From: Malacoraja senta
Taxonomy: Eukaryota
Length of the DNA: 64,000 nt
Assembly: GCA_038087875.1 (NCBI GenBank)
Contig: CM075992.1
Span: 6,634,001-6,698,000, forward strand
Direction: 5' to 3'
The notes under the pieces are model-generated. The model worked only from the letters and a program-made list of their open reading frames with translations. It did no database searches and was not told the origin of the DNA. The number at the start of each line of letters is the position of its first letter. Position 1 is the stretch's first letter. This document shows, one piece after another, positions 13,341 through 26,675 of this stretch. The translations under genes were made by a program, and so were the position numbers.

Positions 13341-15493
13341 CAATAGATTTATTTCAATTCACCTAATTTCACTGGTTCCATTAAGTGAAAAAAGAACCAA
13401 GAAACACTTTAGCATATATAGATTAAGGAAAGATGATTCCTGTTTGCTTGTTAGTAATAATTATTTTAGATTGGATTAATAACATCATACAATGTTTTTA
13501 CAGAAGGAGACCAATCTGCCCATTCTTCTCCCTATATTATTCTCTTTAACTCTAAAAGTTTTCCTGTTCAATTCCAATTTGCAACTTCATCTGTTCACAC
13601 TATCCGTTCAGGCACATCAAGATCATACCTCATTATGTAAATATATTTCTCTTTGTACCCCCTTTGATTGTTAACCTTATTTCCTCTGGCAATCAATTGG
13701 CCCGTCAATGCAAGCAATTTCTCTTTCTAATTCTGTCATCACTTTGAACCCACGATTAAATTCACACAAACTTTAAGAAGTATAGCCCCAAATTCTATAA
13801 TCTCCCCTCAGAACCAGGATCCCGTCCCCCTCATATTGTTGTACTAAATGCCCTTCATTCGTCCTAACATTTGATGTGCATGATTACCATTGTTTAGCTG
13901 AGTCTATGTCATACACTGGGAGATCCTTCAAAATTGTAGTCATGCGTTGGCCTGGTAAATTGAGTGCTTGTCTTTTTTTTGTAACGGATACAGTATTCAT
14001 TGATCTGGGGTTGTCTTCTGTGTGACTGAACTTGCGACTGCTTTTCATAATATCTAACAGCTCCTGCAGCTCCACATTCAGTTAAGTGTTTCTCAAAAGA
14101 TTACCTTGAAGGTCGCTGAATCAAAATATTGTAAGTACTCGGGTCGGAATCTGTGGACAGAGAAGAGAGGCATTTAAAATGGGAAGATGTAAGAGAGATA
14201 AGGACAATTTCTGAGATAGGGTGGGAACAGGAGCGAATGAATGACGCAATATAGACCCAGCAGACAGAGTTTGCAAAGGTAACGGAAAAACAAAAAGCAT
14301 GTCCACAAGATGACTTGAAAGACATCTGAAATTGTCAAAAAAAAGTACTGAATCTGGAAATGTGAGCTACAAGGATGGTATGACTGAGTTATCTAAAACA
14401 AAGCTCAGCGTTACAACAGTCATCTTTTGACCAGGCATCTTCTGGACTTCACTTTTAATTCAGCGATTTTAATGGCTCCAGTAATTAAATAGACCTCTGA
14501 GAATCTATAAATCTAACCACACATCTCAATAAGAAGGGTTTCGACCCAAAATGTTGCCTATTTCCTTTACTCCATAGATGCTGCCTCACCCGCTGAATTT
14601 CTCTAGCATTTTTGTCTACCTTCAATACAGCCTGCTTCCTTCATACTAGTTATTCAGATTTATTCTATGACCTTTGGATTTGATCTTGAGTTCAAAATTT
14701 GGATTAAAAAAATACTCGTAATGATTTATTTTTGATATTTGATTGAACAAAAACATTGCAGAATATTTTTACAAATCTATTTCATTAATGTTCTGTCATA
14801 TGCTTTATATTTTTTTGGACAAGGTTTTCTCCTCACAATACTTGTTATTGTGCGTTTGCTAAAGAGAAAAAGTTTATGTCTAGGAAAGGGAATCAAAATA
14901 GCACATTTTTAAGCAATGGGAAATCTCAGGATGTCTATTGTATATGAACAATGATTTATTATATTAGCAATTTTAAAATACTCGTATAGTATAAAGGAAA
15001 CAGCTCTGTGGGAGAGATCTTCCAATATGAGATGCACCCATCTCCTCCTGAAATTAAGTCTTAAATCATCATCAGGATAGAACAGCCTATCGATAAGATT
15101 ATTTTTAGTTCCACTTGTGACATCGCCTTACATTTCCTCTCCCCATAACACTGTTTCCTGCTGCTAGTCAGAAGATCATCAAGGAATGGAAACCCAAAGT
15201 TCAGATTATTAGCTGATTCTGGCATCTCCATCTCAAATACAATAGGGATTAAAGTTGCTAAAAAATTCCTGTGGAAATGATTGATGCTCTCACAAGTTCT
15301 CAGCAAAAGAAGACATTTCTAGTTGTATCATGTTATCTGCTCTGTTAAGAAAGAAGGCATCTTATACAACAATCCATTTGGGTCTCTGCATAAGAGTAGC
15401 TGTTAAAATATTAACCATCAGGTCTTTCTTCAAAAGATGATCCTTTAGCTCAAGGTGGAAGTATAATTAATTGATGTTATTTTGCCTCTGCAG

Positions 15494-15589
15494 AGATCTG
15501 TTGTACAAACAACACCACAGGCTGCTAAAACCAGCCAGGTTCAACAGTTATCAGTACAAGCGTTACAGCAAGTTCATGTTTCTCAGGAG
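15494..15589 (+). CDS. RFX1: RFX1 exon (RSVVQTTPQAAKTSQVQQLSVQALQQVHVSQE)
   Basis: ctgcag acceptor, GAG|gtaaac donor; 96 bp, phase 0/0; matches RFX1 'RSVVQATPQ...VHVAQE'. Confidence 0.92.
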
Positions 15590-16139
15590 GTAAACATTGT
15601 TGATTATTTTTTAATCTCTATTTTGTATTTATATTCCACTAAAATTAATGTGGTTTAAATTGAGATCAACCAACTTTGTTAATCATTAATTATGACTACT
15701 TTAAAATGTACAATTGTGCAAAGAAATTACAGTACAGTTCCTATCATTAAAGTTATTTTCTGCCAGGCAATTTTGCTATTAGCTTAAATCATGTTTGAAC
15801 TATTAAATATGTGAACTAGGATGGACATTTTTGTTTAGTTCAGAGTTTGGATATACGGCATAAGCCATTTGGCCCACCGAGTCCACGCTGGCCATCGATT
15901 ACCCATTCACACTAATTCTATGTTATCCCACTCACATCACTCACAGCACACTAGGAGACATTTACAGAAATATGCCGTTCTATATGTAGCCGAGATATTG
16001 GTAGTTAAGTATTGAATTGGGCTGGGATTGAGTGGGAATGGAAGAAATTGGGAGTTTATGGAGGGGGTGGCTTTGGGAGGGGGAATATTGAAATTAGAAT
16101 CAGCAAACCAAGTTTGATGCTGTCTCCTCTAAAATCAGA

Positions 16140-16443
16140 CTTTAGACTTCAGAGATACAGCACAGAAACAGGCCCTTCATCCCACCGAGTCTGCGCTGAC
16201 CAACAAATACCCCGTACACCAGCAGTATCCTACACACTTGGGACAAGTTACTATTTTACCAAAGCCAATTAACCCGCAAACCCATACATTTTTAGAGTAT
16301 GGGAGGAAATCAGAGCACCCGAAGGAAACCCACTCGGTCACAGGGCAAATGCACAAACTCCGTACAGACAGCACCCATATTCAGAATCGAACCCGGGTCT
16401 CTGGCGCTTTAAGGCAGCAACTCAACTGCTGTGCCACTGTGCT
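16140..16443 (-). mobile_element. HE1-like V-SINE
   Basis: Same family as 6050-6352. Confidence 0.85.
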
Positions 16444-17765
16444 ATCCACTGACATTGTCTGTAGTTCCTAAATATGGGAAGTAATATTCCAACCAGATCC
16501 CACAGAAATATTATATTTTTAATCGTTTTATGGGACATAGCCAAGGCTAGCATTGATGGCCTATTCTTAATGGCCCTTTTGAGGAGCTAATGATCAGCTG
16601 CTTTCATTTGTCCATGGGCTTGGAAAAATCACTCCGAGACTTGCAATGTATATTATGACAACATTGAGCGCTTCTACCGGTCTACCTGCCTATCCCTTGC
16701 TTGCTGAACTTTGCAAACAGCTGCAAGGCTGTGTGTCATTCACTGGAATTATCCATAATTTAAAAAACAAAACAATCCCCACTCCTTCGTGGCCAATTTT
16801 CAATCCACGGCTCAACTTTGTGCCACGGCTGGAGATCGTGAACCAGTGCTTTAAGGACTGGGCACCAGGGTCACAACTGCAAGTTTAAGTACTGGCAGCT
16901 GCAAGAACCTGCAAATTAAAAATTAATGGAGTATCACATGACCCCATTCCAATGCCATTAAAAATCATCTTCTGGTCCCTCACCTCAGAAACACTTTGCT
17001 TTTCACCTCCTCATGAAACAGACAAAATATTGAATAATAGTTCTTTAGTCGACCAAAGTTTGATCTCGTATTCAGTGGCCCTATAGGGATAGGTGGCACC
17101 TGGTTTCCCTGAAAAATTCCCATGGGAATTAAAAAAAAAAATTCTAAGTGAGAGATACAGTCAAATTAAATTTTAAGTGTTTATTTTTGGATAAATTTTA
17201 AGTCTGAATTTTTCTTTCTCTCCGAGGTTTATAAATAAATTAATGTGTGCGGCCATAACCAATGTAGTTATTGCAGTTGCTTTAATATGCATGTTTGTGA
17301 ATTGTGTAAACTATTTTTTGTCTAAGTGGGGGGATGAACCATGCTGGAGAATGGAATTATTTTTGTATCCAAATTATTGCTGAACAGTTTCCGGTTACAT
17401 ATTTCACAGATTATGTACCTTTAATTATTTTTTTGGTCAACCTCATGAGCATAAGCTTGTTTCTTTTCTGTTTCCTGTACTATGCATGTTTATAAACGAT
17501 AATTTTTCATATTAGGTTAAGAATAATTTTTACTATTGTTTTATATGGGAGCTGGATAGAGATCCTCATTGATTGATACCCTCCTCTAAGATACTCCAGA
17601 GTTAATTTCCAGTACGTTCAGAAACCACTTAAATGTTCAGATTATTCATGATTTGTTGGTTCATTTCCATTCAATGCTGGCATGTTCATCCTTCTTCCAT
17701 CTTTGTGACTTTTTACATTGGAACGTGTGTTGTATTCTGAATAATTTGCTTATATTATACACTAG

Positions 17766-18113
17766 AGCACGGAGAATGAGCTTTCCAGTTTGCTAGAGAA
17801 AGATCAGAAGCTGCAGGTAGTTGCCGATTCTCCCGGCTCAAGGAACAGTATTCACGAAGAACATCAGTTAGGAAATTCCCAAGCGTTGAGTCCAGAACAC
17901 AAAGTGCACGTCCTACACATGATGCCCTCTACCTCAGCACCGAGAGTTGAAGTGATTCGATTTACACCCCAGCATCTACCCAGCACAGAGCAGAAAGTGA
18001 TTATTGAGCAGGTTCCATTTTTCTCCATGTTACCAGCCAGCCCTGAGCAGCGAGTCAAGGTTCAGCGAGTCCCTCAGGCATTAGTTTTCGGAACTGGACC
18101 AACTGCGCTTAAA
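17766..18113 (+). CDS. RFX1: Putative additional RFX1 cassette exon, 116 aa (STENELSSLLEKDQKLQVVADSPG...QRVPQALVFGTGPTALK)
   Basis: actag acceptor, AAA|gtaggt donor; 348 bp stop-free, phase 0/0 like both neighbours; Q/V/P/S-rich coding-like composition inside an AT-rich intron. Confidence 0.65.
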
Positions 18114-18974
18114 GTAGGTTAAATAGGAAATAGTTATAAGAATGGATGGAAGGGTTCGTTATTTAAGTTCTTAGCACGCTGCGTTGATATTTGGTCTATC
18201 TATTAAGTATTGTATTTTAGTAAATATAGAAACACAGAATCTGGCACTTATTACTGTACCTCTGTGGATAAAGTCACGAGCTTTCTTGAAAGTAATATAC
18301 TGGCAAATAAAGATAAAATGAGGCAAACACATTTAGTGTTTCTTGCTGAGCATTTTTGTCCCAAGTCAGGGAGATGTTTGAGCATCTGGAAACTTAGGTG
18401 ATCAAACTTCTCGATAACCTAGATAAGAAATAAACCTTTATATTTCTATTTAAACATCTAGCATACAATCTAAAATATCTTAAAAGTGAGTTTGGACATT
18501 TTTAAATTGCATGTTTAAAATAATGAAATTGATCTTTTCATTATTGCCTCAACTGAATATAAGGAAACATTTTCTGTGGGTAATAATGAAAATAAAAACC
18601 TATTGAAAAATCAGAAATTATAGTTTAATTTTTGATGTGTAGTTCCTATAGGAAAGTCCTATGATGGATAGCTAAATACTCTATGGGGATGCAAAATAAT
18701 TATTGTACTTTTAAAATAGCATTTGTTAAGATAAGCTTGCAATATGTATTGTAGTTAGACTAGTCAGACAAGTAGTAGTCCAGTAAAAATGGACTGAACT
18801 GCATGGTTAGGACCTGCATTGGTTTAGAAAACCAATTGTGCAACACATTCACAGTAGTGTAGATGTTGCAATGCATGCATAATTTACAAGACTGATAATT
18901 ATATAAATAATAATTGGCTTGCAATAATTTCAATTGTGAATAGTGGCTGCAAACAGTTCACTTTGTTATTTTGT

Positions 18975-19282
18975 CGTATTGCACGAATACAGACCTTTCG
19001 ACCCAACTTGTCCGTGCCATTCAAGATGCCCCATCCAAACTGATCACATTTGCCTGCATTTGGTCTATATCCCTCTAAACCTTTCCTATCCATGTACCTG
19101 TTCAAATGTCTTTTAAATGTTTTATTGTACCTGCCTCAACTACTTCCTCTGGCAGTTTATTCCAGTTACCCTCCACCCTCTGAGTGAAAAAATTGCCCCT
19201 CAGGTTCCAATTGAATCTTTCCCCTCTCACCTTAAACAATGTCCTCTAGTTCTTGATTCTCCTCCCCTGGGTAAAGGACTCT
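18975..19282 (-). mobile_element. CR1 (HER1-like) 3' fragment
   Basis: Encodes the YMDRKGLEGY C-terminal motif. Confidence 0.75.
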
Positions 19283-19604
19283 GGAAGATTGAAAGATTAT
19301 TAAAAGAATACTTGTGGGAATGAGTGGTGAAGTTTGGATTTGAAGAAATTTAATTTAAACACTAATTATAGAAAACAATATTTTAAAATGTAAATATTTA
19401 CATCATTAGTACTGAGATGCAGCTAGACCTTCATGTACTCACCGTACTGTAATGCTTTCTATTTTGATGTTGATTTATCTGATTTCTCAGAATGGAGATC
19501 CCTGCTTGAATACAAATAAATGACCTGTTGCTACCCTTTATATGTGAGCCTTAGCAGTGATGTGACGGAGTGTTTGTTCTCTTGGGCTATGCACCTGAAC
19601 CCTT

Positions 19605-19877
19605 TAAGAATAAGGGGTAGGCCATTTAGAACAGAGATGAGGAAAAACTTTTTCACCCAGAGAGTTGTGAATCTGTGGAATTCTCTGCCTCAGGAGGCCA
19701 ATTCTCTGGATGCTTTCAAGAGAGAGTTAGATAAACCTCTTAAAGATAGCAGAGTCAGGGGATATGGTGAGAAGGCAGGAACGGAGTACTGAATGTGGAT
19801 GATCAGCCATGATCACAGTGAATGGCGGTGCTGGCTCGAAGGGCCAAATGGCCTACTCCTGCACCTATTGTCTATTG
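19605..19877 (+). mobile_element. CR1 3' fragment
   Basis: LRIRGRPFRTEMRKNFFTQRVVNLWNSLPQ; (ctattgt) tail. Confidence 0.85.
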
Positions 19878-20463
19878 AACCTGTTCCCCGGCAAGCACCC
19901 AGATTTAAGATATCAGATTAATTTATTATCATGGGCACCAGGATGCAGTGAAATTCCTTCTTTGCATGAAGTTCATAAAGTAAACAAACAAATGCAAAAC
20001 AGCAGAATAATGCAAAAGTTGTCATGCAATCTGAAATAGTACAAAAAACACTAAAGTGCAACAATGGAATAACCGAATGTGGTAGAGTTAAAGTAAGATT
20101 ATGGGGCAGCAACTCCGGAAAGAAAGGTTCAGGGAAAAATCTATTCTTACATCCAGGCACTAGACAGTGAGTGATTCAAGGAAAGAATAAGACCCTCCTG
20201 TGCTTGTACGACTTTGTTTCACCATGTTAACTATGTGCATCATGGTTAGTGAAGGCAGTCTTGTCATTATGGCATCTGATACCTCACAGGCTTCAAATAA
20301 CTGTGCCCAGAAATGTTTATGTAGACTTTAAGTCATATAATTTAAATGGGACTATATTAAAGAAAAAGTAGTACTTTGCTTCAAAATAAATCTTGTTAAT
20401 ATTTTTAACTAATAGATGATGCTCCATAATTACCTTTTCTCTCTGGATAATCTCAACGTTTAG

Positions 20464-20567
20464 GTTCAGCAATTACAACAGGTCCCAGTGCAGCCTGTTC
20501 AACATGTCTACTCGAACCAGGTGCAGTATGTAGAAGGGGGTGATGCCAGCTATACAGGAAGCACAAT
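20464..20567 (+). CDS. RFX1: RFX1 exon (VQQLQQVPVQPVQHVYSNQVQYVEGGDASYTGST)
   Basis: tttag acceptor, AT|gtgagt donor; carries the RFX1/2/3 activation motif QHVYxxQVQYVEG. Confidence 0.95.
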
Positions 20568-21420
20568 GTGAGTAGAAATATTGACTGTCAGAACACTTCA
20601 AGGACTGATAAATAAAAATGCGCTTGATAATGGAACCCATGTTATTCTTAAAACTGGAAGTTTGTATAGTTAAAAAATAAAATGGAATTAGAATCTTCAA
20701 AGTACAAAAGAAGGCCACAAATAGGTAATTGTTAATCTACGTGAGTAAATGTAAAATTGATTACTATCTTGCCTATCTTAGCACCAACACAAATTGATCA
20801 AAAATTACTTGGAGGGAAGCAACTGTCAATTATCTCACAAAAAATATTTTTGTAGTACTTGCTGCTATAAACATAGATACAATTGCTATACTGTGAATTT
20901 GCATTACTATTTATTTGCCAATTGATGCAACAAACCTTCAATTTAATCAAATTCTGATTGAAATCAGTTTTTATTATTAAGCAACTGTCTCAGACATTAA
21001 TCTCAGAATTTTAGATTATTATAACAAATATACTATTAGCTATGGTTGTGTTTCAAACAGTTTACAGCTTTACAGAACATATTTGCATTTACTGTGCAAC
21101 CACCCCTCCTTGATAACATTACATAATATTCAAAATGCACACGTTTTGTATCTTCAGATTCATTTGATGAACTCGATACCTGCATTTAATATTATTTTCA
21201 TAATGAATACCTGTTTTGTTTTAGAGAAAGGCTATCTATGGAACAAATTAAAAGAACTGCATGCCCCTCTTTGGTAACAAAATAAATAATAATATTTAAT
21301 TCCATGCGATTTATTTTTTTTACAATCAGAAAAGGTTTTTAAATGTACTTTTCAATATAAGTCGACAAACTGTCACTAAAGTCATCTTTGTGGATCCGCT
21401 GCCATACTTTTTCATTTCAG

Positions 21421-21688
21421 ACGTTCAAACAACTACCCTTATTCTGAAACTCAGCTGTACAACCAGAACACAGGCGGAAGTTACTATGAATCTCAGGGGA
21501 CGCCAAACCAGGTTGCCACGCCGGTGACTTCGCAGAACGTGGTCAGTAGTGGAACGGTGCCAATGTATGTGACGGGAGGGCAGATTGTGGCCAACCCAGG
21601 AGGAGGGACCTATGTCATCCAGGGAGGTTACATGCTGGGGAGCTCCAGTCAGTCTTACAGTCACACCATGCGTGCCTCTCCAGCCACA
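21421..21688 (+). CDS. RFX1: RFX1 exon (RSNNYPYSETQLY...GTYVIQGGYMLGSSSQSYSHTMRASPAT)
   Basis: tttcag acceptor, ACA|gtgagt donor; phase 2/0; RFX1-type YVIQGGYMLGS..QSYSHT.RASPAT. Confidence 0.95.
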
Positions 21689-23390
21689 GTGAGTCACCGG
21701 TCAACTCTTCCAAGTGCTGACTCCCCTGGGGTTTCTGTTTTGTATTGTTCAATAAGGATGGTCAATAGCACAATTGTTAGACACCTACCTCCCAAACAGA
21801 TGGTTGAAGATCTGAATCACAAGATCACCTGTCGCAGTTTAATTGCTATTACCTTTGTGCTCAAATTTAATTGGCTTTTTCCATATAAAATATATTTTAA
21901 AGGAGGGATGCTCTTTAAAAAAAAAAGAGATAATAAGCATCTAGAACAGCAAGATTAATTTCTGTTGTCTAGTGGAATAGCATTTAAAGTAGTTGCAGAA
22001 GAATTTGTACATCAAGATTGGAATAAAAATTGGATATGAAGTAAAAAAGAGGCAATTATATATATTGAATATATAAAATGTTTAGAATCATAATTGCACT
22101 GAGTATTGTGGCTATATCTCACATGAGAGTTCCCATATTTTAAATTACTAAAATGAAAAATCTGTGCTTTATATATAGGCACTTGAACTCCCAGTTTCAT
22201 AGCTTCTTAGACTCAGATACTCAATTAAAAATGATTTGATTAAACTTTTGTTTTACTGAATTGGTGTTTAATCAAGAAATATATTAGAATGCAAACAAAT
22301 TTTGACAAACCTCCTAAAATTATGAATGGAGAATTCCGGATTATTACAAGACTGCGCTTTTCAGTATAGTATATAATACTTACAGACTTTGTACATGTTA
22401 TCAATGATACTGAATTATGTCTGTAATAAAATTACATAATTTCTTTAACACAATATTGAAATATGTTATAGAAATATTGAACTATTTTGTAGAACTATTG
22501 AAGGATTAATTTGGTGTAGGGTTTTGAAACTAGCAGTGCACTGAGTCTTTTATATCACATATATGACATAAATACACCTAAAAAGCACAAACAGTTTGTG
22601 CAGTGCATTCAATTGATTCACAATGAACAGAAGTGCTATGTAGAAGACTAAATTACTATGCGTGTTGGGTAGATCACTTTCGGAGAGCTTTGTTTATTTA
22701 TTTTTTAATATGGTATCAATTAAGTACCTAAGAAATTAATGTGAATAGAAACAGTGGCACAATATTAATGTATATGTGAATCTTGTATCTTCAGGCAGAG
22801 CAGAGAGAGGGAGTTATGCAGAAGAAAGACAATGGGTGGAAAGGCTTATAGAAAGAGGGAGAGAGGAAGAATGAGAAAGAACGAAAAAGAGTGAGAAAAA
22901 TAGAGATTTACCGAGAGAAAGATTGTGACAATTATAAATTATAAAATGGGGCAAATGTCCGATTTTCTTGTCGATAAAATTTTACTTGCTTTAGAAACTA
23001 AGTATTTTTTATTTCCAATGGAATCAATTAAATTAAGGGTTTTACAATAACAAACCTGTCATGCCATATTTTGACCCAATCTGCAAGTTAAGTCTATCCC
23101 AATTCATTTTCCCTTTAGCAATGTTAGCAATGTGACAGCAGATCAATTACTTATTAAAATTACTGTTGGAATGCTGCATTTTAAATAAAATTCAAAAAAT
23201 ATATCTTCTTGCATGAATTGTCTTTTGTTTCTCTTCTGTGGAATTGCACTAAATATTATACATTTAATACTGTATTGTTGAATTAGTCCTTTTAAGTTGC
23301 ATTTAAATAATTAGATTTACAATAAAATGATATTGCAAGAAAGTAACATATCAAAATGATAAAAATCCATTCTTTTTTGTTTTTGCACAG

Positions 23391-23572
23391 GTTCAGTGGT
23401 TATTGGATAACTATGAAACGGCAGAAGGAGTTAGCTTGCCCCGAAGCACTTTGTACTGTCATTACCTGCTACACTGTCAGGAGCAAAAACTAGAGCCAGT
23501 AAATGCTGCCTCATTTGGCAAACTGATACGATCAGTATTTATGGGACTCCGGACTCGGAGACTTGGCACAAG
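23391..23572 (+). CDS. RFX1: RFX1 winged-helix DNA-binding domain exon
   Basis: [60 protein letters not shown]; [15 protein letters not shown] is RFX1-diagnostic (RFX2/3 read YNHYLRHCQEHKLDP); canonical splice sites. Confidence 0.98.
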
Positions 23573-23739
23573 GTTAGTTCTTACCTTAAAATTTTCACAG
23601 AGTATTCAGCAAAGTTTGGGATTGCAGACCAAACTGTCTTTTGAAAGTCATTTGTTAAACTGAAAATGGTTAGACTAGTATTATAAAATAATTTGTTACT
23701 TTCAGTTTTTCACCCTCCTAACTGAAATTAAACTTATCA

Positions 23740-23819
23740 TATAACCATATAACCATATAACCATATAACAATTACAGCACGGAAACAGGCCATCTCGGCC
23801 CTTCTAGTCCGTGCCGAAC
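23740..23819 (-). mobile_element. 80-bp 5'-truncated CR1-type 3' end with TSD
   Basis: (ATATAACC)n tail; ACTTATCA duplicated at 23732-23739 and 23820-23827. Confidence 0.75.
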
Positions 23820-23969
23820 ACTTATCAAGGATCTTTACTTCACAATGTCAGTATTAAAACATTTTATTGGGGTGACATGTCAATTTTTATTGTAATTTAT
23901 TGAGCTTTTCTCATCTCATTATTCTAATCAAAATGACAGTTCAATGTAACCCTGCTTACATTCCAAAAG

Positions 23970-24180
23970 AACGGAGTTTGTACATTCTCCCTGTGACCTG
24001 CGTGGGTTTTCTCCCACATTCCAAAGACGTACAGTGTTATAGGCTAATTGACTTGGTTAAAATTGCAAATTGTCCCTAGTGTGTGTAGGATAGTGTTAGT
24101 GTGCGGGGATCGCTGGTCGGCGCAGACTCGGTGGGCCGAAGGGCCTGTTTCCACGCTGTATCTCTTAACTAAACTAAACC
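23970..24180 (+). mobile_element. HE1-like V-SINE, 5'-truncated
   Basis: Family similarity; (TAAAC) tail. Confidence 0.8.
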
Positions 24181-24579
24181 ATTATCTGATGTAGCTGGTT
24201 TGGCTTGTCAATTTGGTGATCTTGTATTAATTATTAAACTGACTATCGTAGCAATGTTAATATTTTTTACCTACCTACTCTAGAAAGTCAGGTAAACGAA
24301 TGAAGGCAGAATAAGACAAAGCTCAACAAACGTAGCACTGCACCTATTTTTATGATGGCATATCACAGGCTTGATGACACAAGATAAAGAGAACAATTTC
24401 ACATTCCTGCCATTCAGTGTCTTTTTATTTTTCTATCCTTTGCTAGAGTTTCAGTTTACACTCAAAATCTCCTATTTAGATCTCCTCTCGACATACATTT
24501 TGTTATTCACCCACTCTCTTTCAATCAGCACCACTAGGACTTATGTATCTTACTTTCTCTTGCACTTCATTCTATCATA

Positions 24580-24908
24580 GTTTAGATTAGTTTAGAGATA
24601 CAGTGCGGAAACAGGCCCTTTGACCCACCAAGTCTGCACTGACCAGCGATCCCCACACATTAACACTATCCTACACACACTAGAGACAATTTACATTTAT
24701 TCTAAGCTAATTAACCTACAAACCTCTACGTCTTTGGAGCGTGGAATGAAACCGAAGATCTCGGAGAAAGCCACAAGGTCACACGGTAAATATGCAAACT
24801 CCGTACGGACAGCACCGTAGAGACTCCGTACAGACATAGTTAGGATCAAACTCGGGTCTCAGGTGCTGTAAGTGCTGTTAGGCAGCAACTCTACTGTTGC
24901 CCCACCAT
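24580..24908 (-). mobile_element. HE1-like V-SINE
   Basis: Family similarity. Confidence 0.85.
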
Positions 24909-25995
24909 AATCCTTCCCTTATGTTCTCTTTGCCCTTTCCCCATCTCTGCAATTTTTATTTCATTTCTAACTTATCTCAGTTCTGAAGACAAGTCATTAT
25001 TCTGAAATGTTCATTCTTTTTCTCCCTCCATAGATGTTGTCAGATCTGTTTAATATAAACTGCTGTTACTTCACATTTCCACATCTGCAGTGCCATGCTT
25101 TTGAATTCTGTACTTTAATTCTTTAAAAAAATGTTTAGCAATGTGTTGTGGCACCACTGTGTGGCCAGAATAGATATTGCTCTTAAACTTTGGAAAGTTT
25201 CAAAAGTAATTACGAATGGTTCACCGAAGGGTGATCAATGGAAACCGATAAATTATGAGATTAATCTTAACTTATCTTTGCATCTTACTTTTGTAAAGAT
25301 TAATGTGTATAGTACTGAATAAGGTGTTGAAATAGCAAATTAGTCGATATTAGAACTGTTTTGAAATTCTAAATAATGCAAGGAAAAGTAGAATAAAAGC
25401 AAAATGAAGGAAATATTTACAAAAATTAAGGAAAGGAGGAATAGAACAGAATTTTTATTTATTTACATTCCTTTACTCGATATTTCTTGCCTCGAGTTGG
25501 AATTATCCCAGTAGTGATGATTGATTATAGGGAGAGGCAAACCAAACACTTACAGTGTTTTTGAGAATCATTTTGGCCATTGGTTAGTTTATGACTTGGA
25601 ATGTTTGAAGTTCATATTGATCGGAGGGATTCATTTATTATTATGAATTTCATCAGCACAAGAATGTAGATGTAAATATTGTGGCCTGGAAATTGTCTCT
25701 TGTGAAATGTGCACTAAAATACTGATTCTCAGAGGACATGTAGCAATTTGCCTGTTAATCGCATGGATCTCCCCTACATTAAAATTTGTTTCTTGAAGTG
25801 TTGACATTGCTGAAAAGGCTGGCATTTGGCTGTCCTTAACTGCCCTTTGACTGACTTGCAAGCTTCAGTTTGCATGGTCAAGAAATTAAACCGTTTCTGC
25901 TAGTGGACAGCCAGGAGTTCCAAATATGGATCCCTTAATGCCAGGTGCAACAGTCTTACCTGGTGTTTGGACCTGCTTTCCAACAATCACGACAG

Positions 25996-26310
25996 TCACG
26001 GTGGTGCAACGGTAGAGTTGCTGCCTTACAGCGAATGCAGCACCGGAGACCTGGGTTAGATCCCGATTACGGGTGTTGTCTGTACGGAGTTCGTATGTTC
26101 TCCCCGTGACCTGCGTGGATTTTCTCTGAGATCTCCGGTTTCCTCCCATATTCCAAAGACATACAGGTTTATAGGTTAATTGGCTTGGTAAATGTAAAAA
26201 TTGTCCGTAGTGGGTGTAGGATAGTGTTAATGTGCGGGGATCGCTGGTCGGCGCGGACCCGGTGGGTCGAAGGGCCTGTTTCCGTGCTCTATCTCTAAAC
26301 TAAACTAAAA
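25996..26310 (+). mobile_element. HE1-like V-SINE, full length
   Basis: A-box/B-box-like head, V-domain, (TAAAC)n tail. Confidence 0.9.
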
Positions 26311-26555
26311 ATCAACATTATATGCAAAGTGCGTGTATGTGGCCCAGTGTGGTAAATGTATGTGACACAAAGATTCATATGACTCTTGTGTACTCTGTGC
26401 ATTCTGGGCTCATAACTGAGCAATGCAGTTTTATCAAATAATGTAAGACTTGAATTGATGTTTCTGACTCAAATCACGGTTGATCATCCAGGCCCTCGTA
26501 TGCATTTTATAAGAAATTATATTACGACTATCAAATGTTTATCTTCATTTTTTAG

Positions 26556-26675
26556 GGGAAACTCAAAGTATCATTACTATGGGCTTCGAATTAAAGCAAA
26601 CTCACCACTAATTCGACTGATCGAGGATCAGCAACACTTGGCCATAAGACAACAGCCATTCACACAGAAGCAGAG
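26556..26675 (+). CDS. RFX1: RFX1 DBD C-terminal exon (GNSKYHYYGLRIKANSPLIRLIEDQQHLAIRQQPFTQKQ)
   Basis: tttag acceptor, AG|gtgagt donor; 120 bp, phase 2/2. Confidence 0.97.

Noticed and set aside
25996-26075. tRNA genes at SINE heads
   Set aside because: tRNA-derived SINE 5' regions continuing into SINE body and tail; no full cloverleaf
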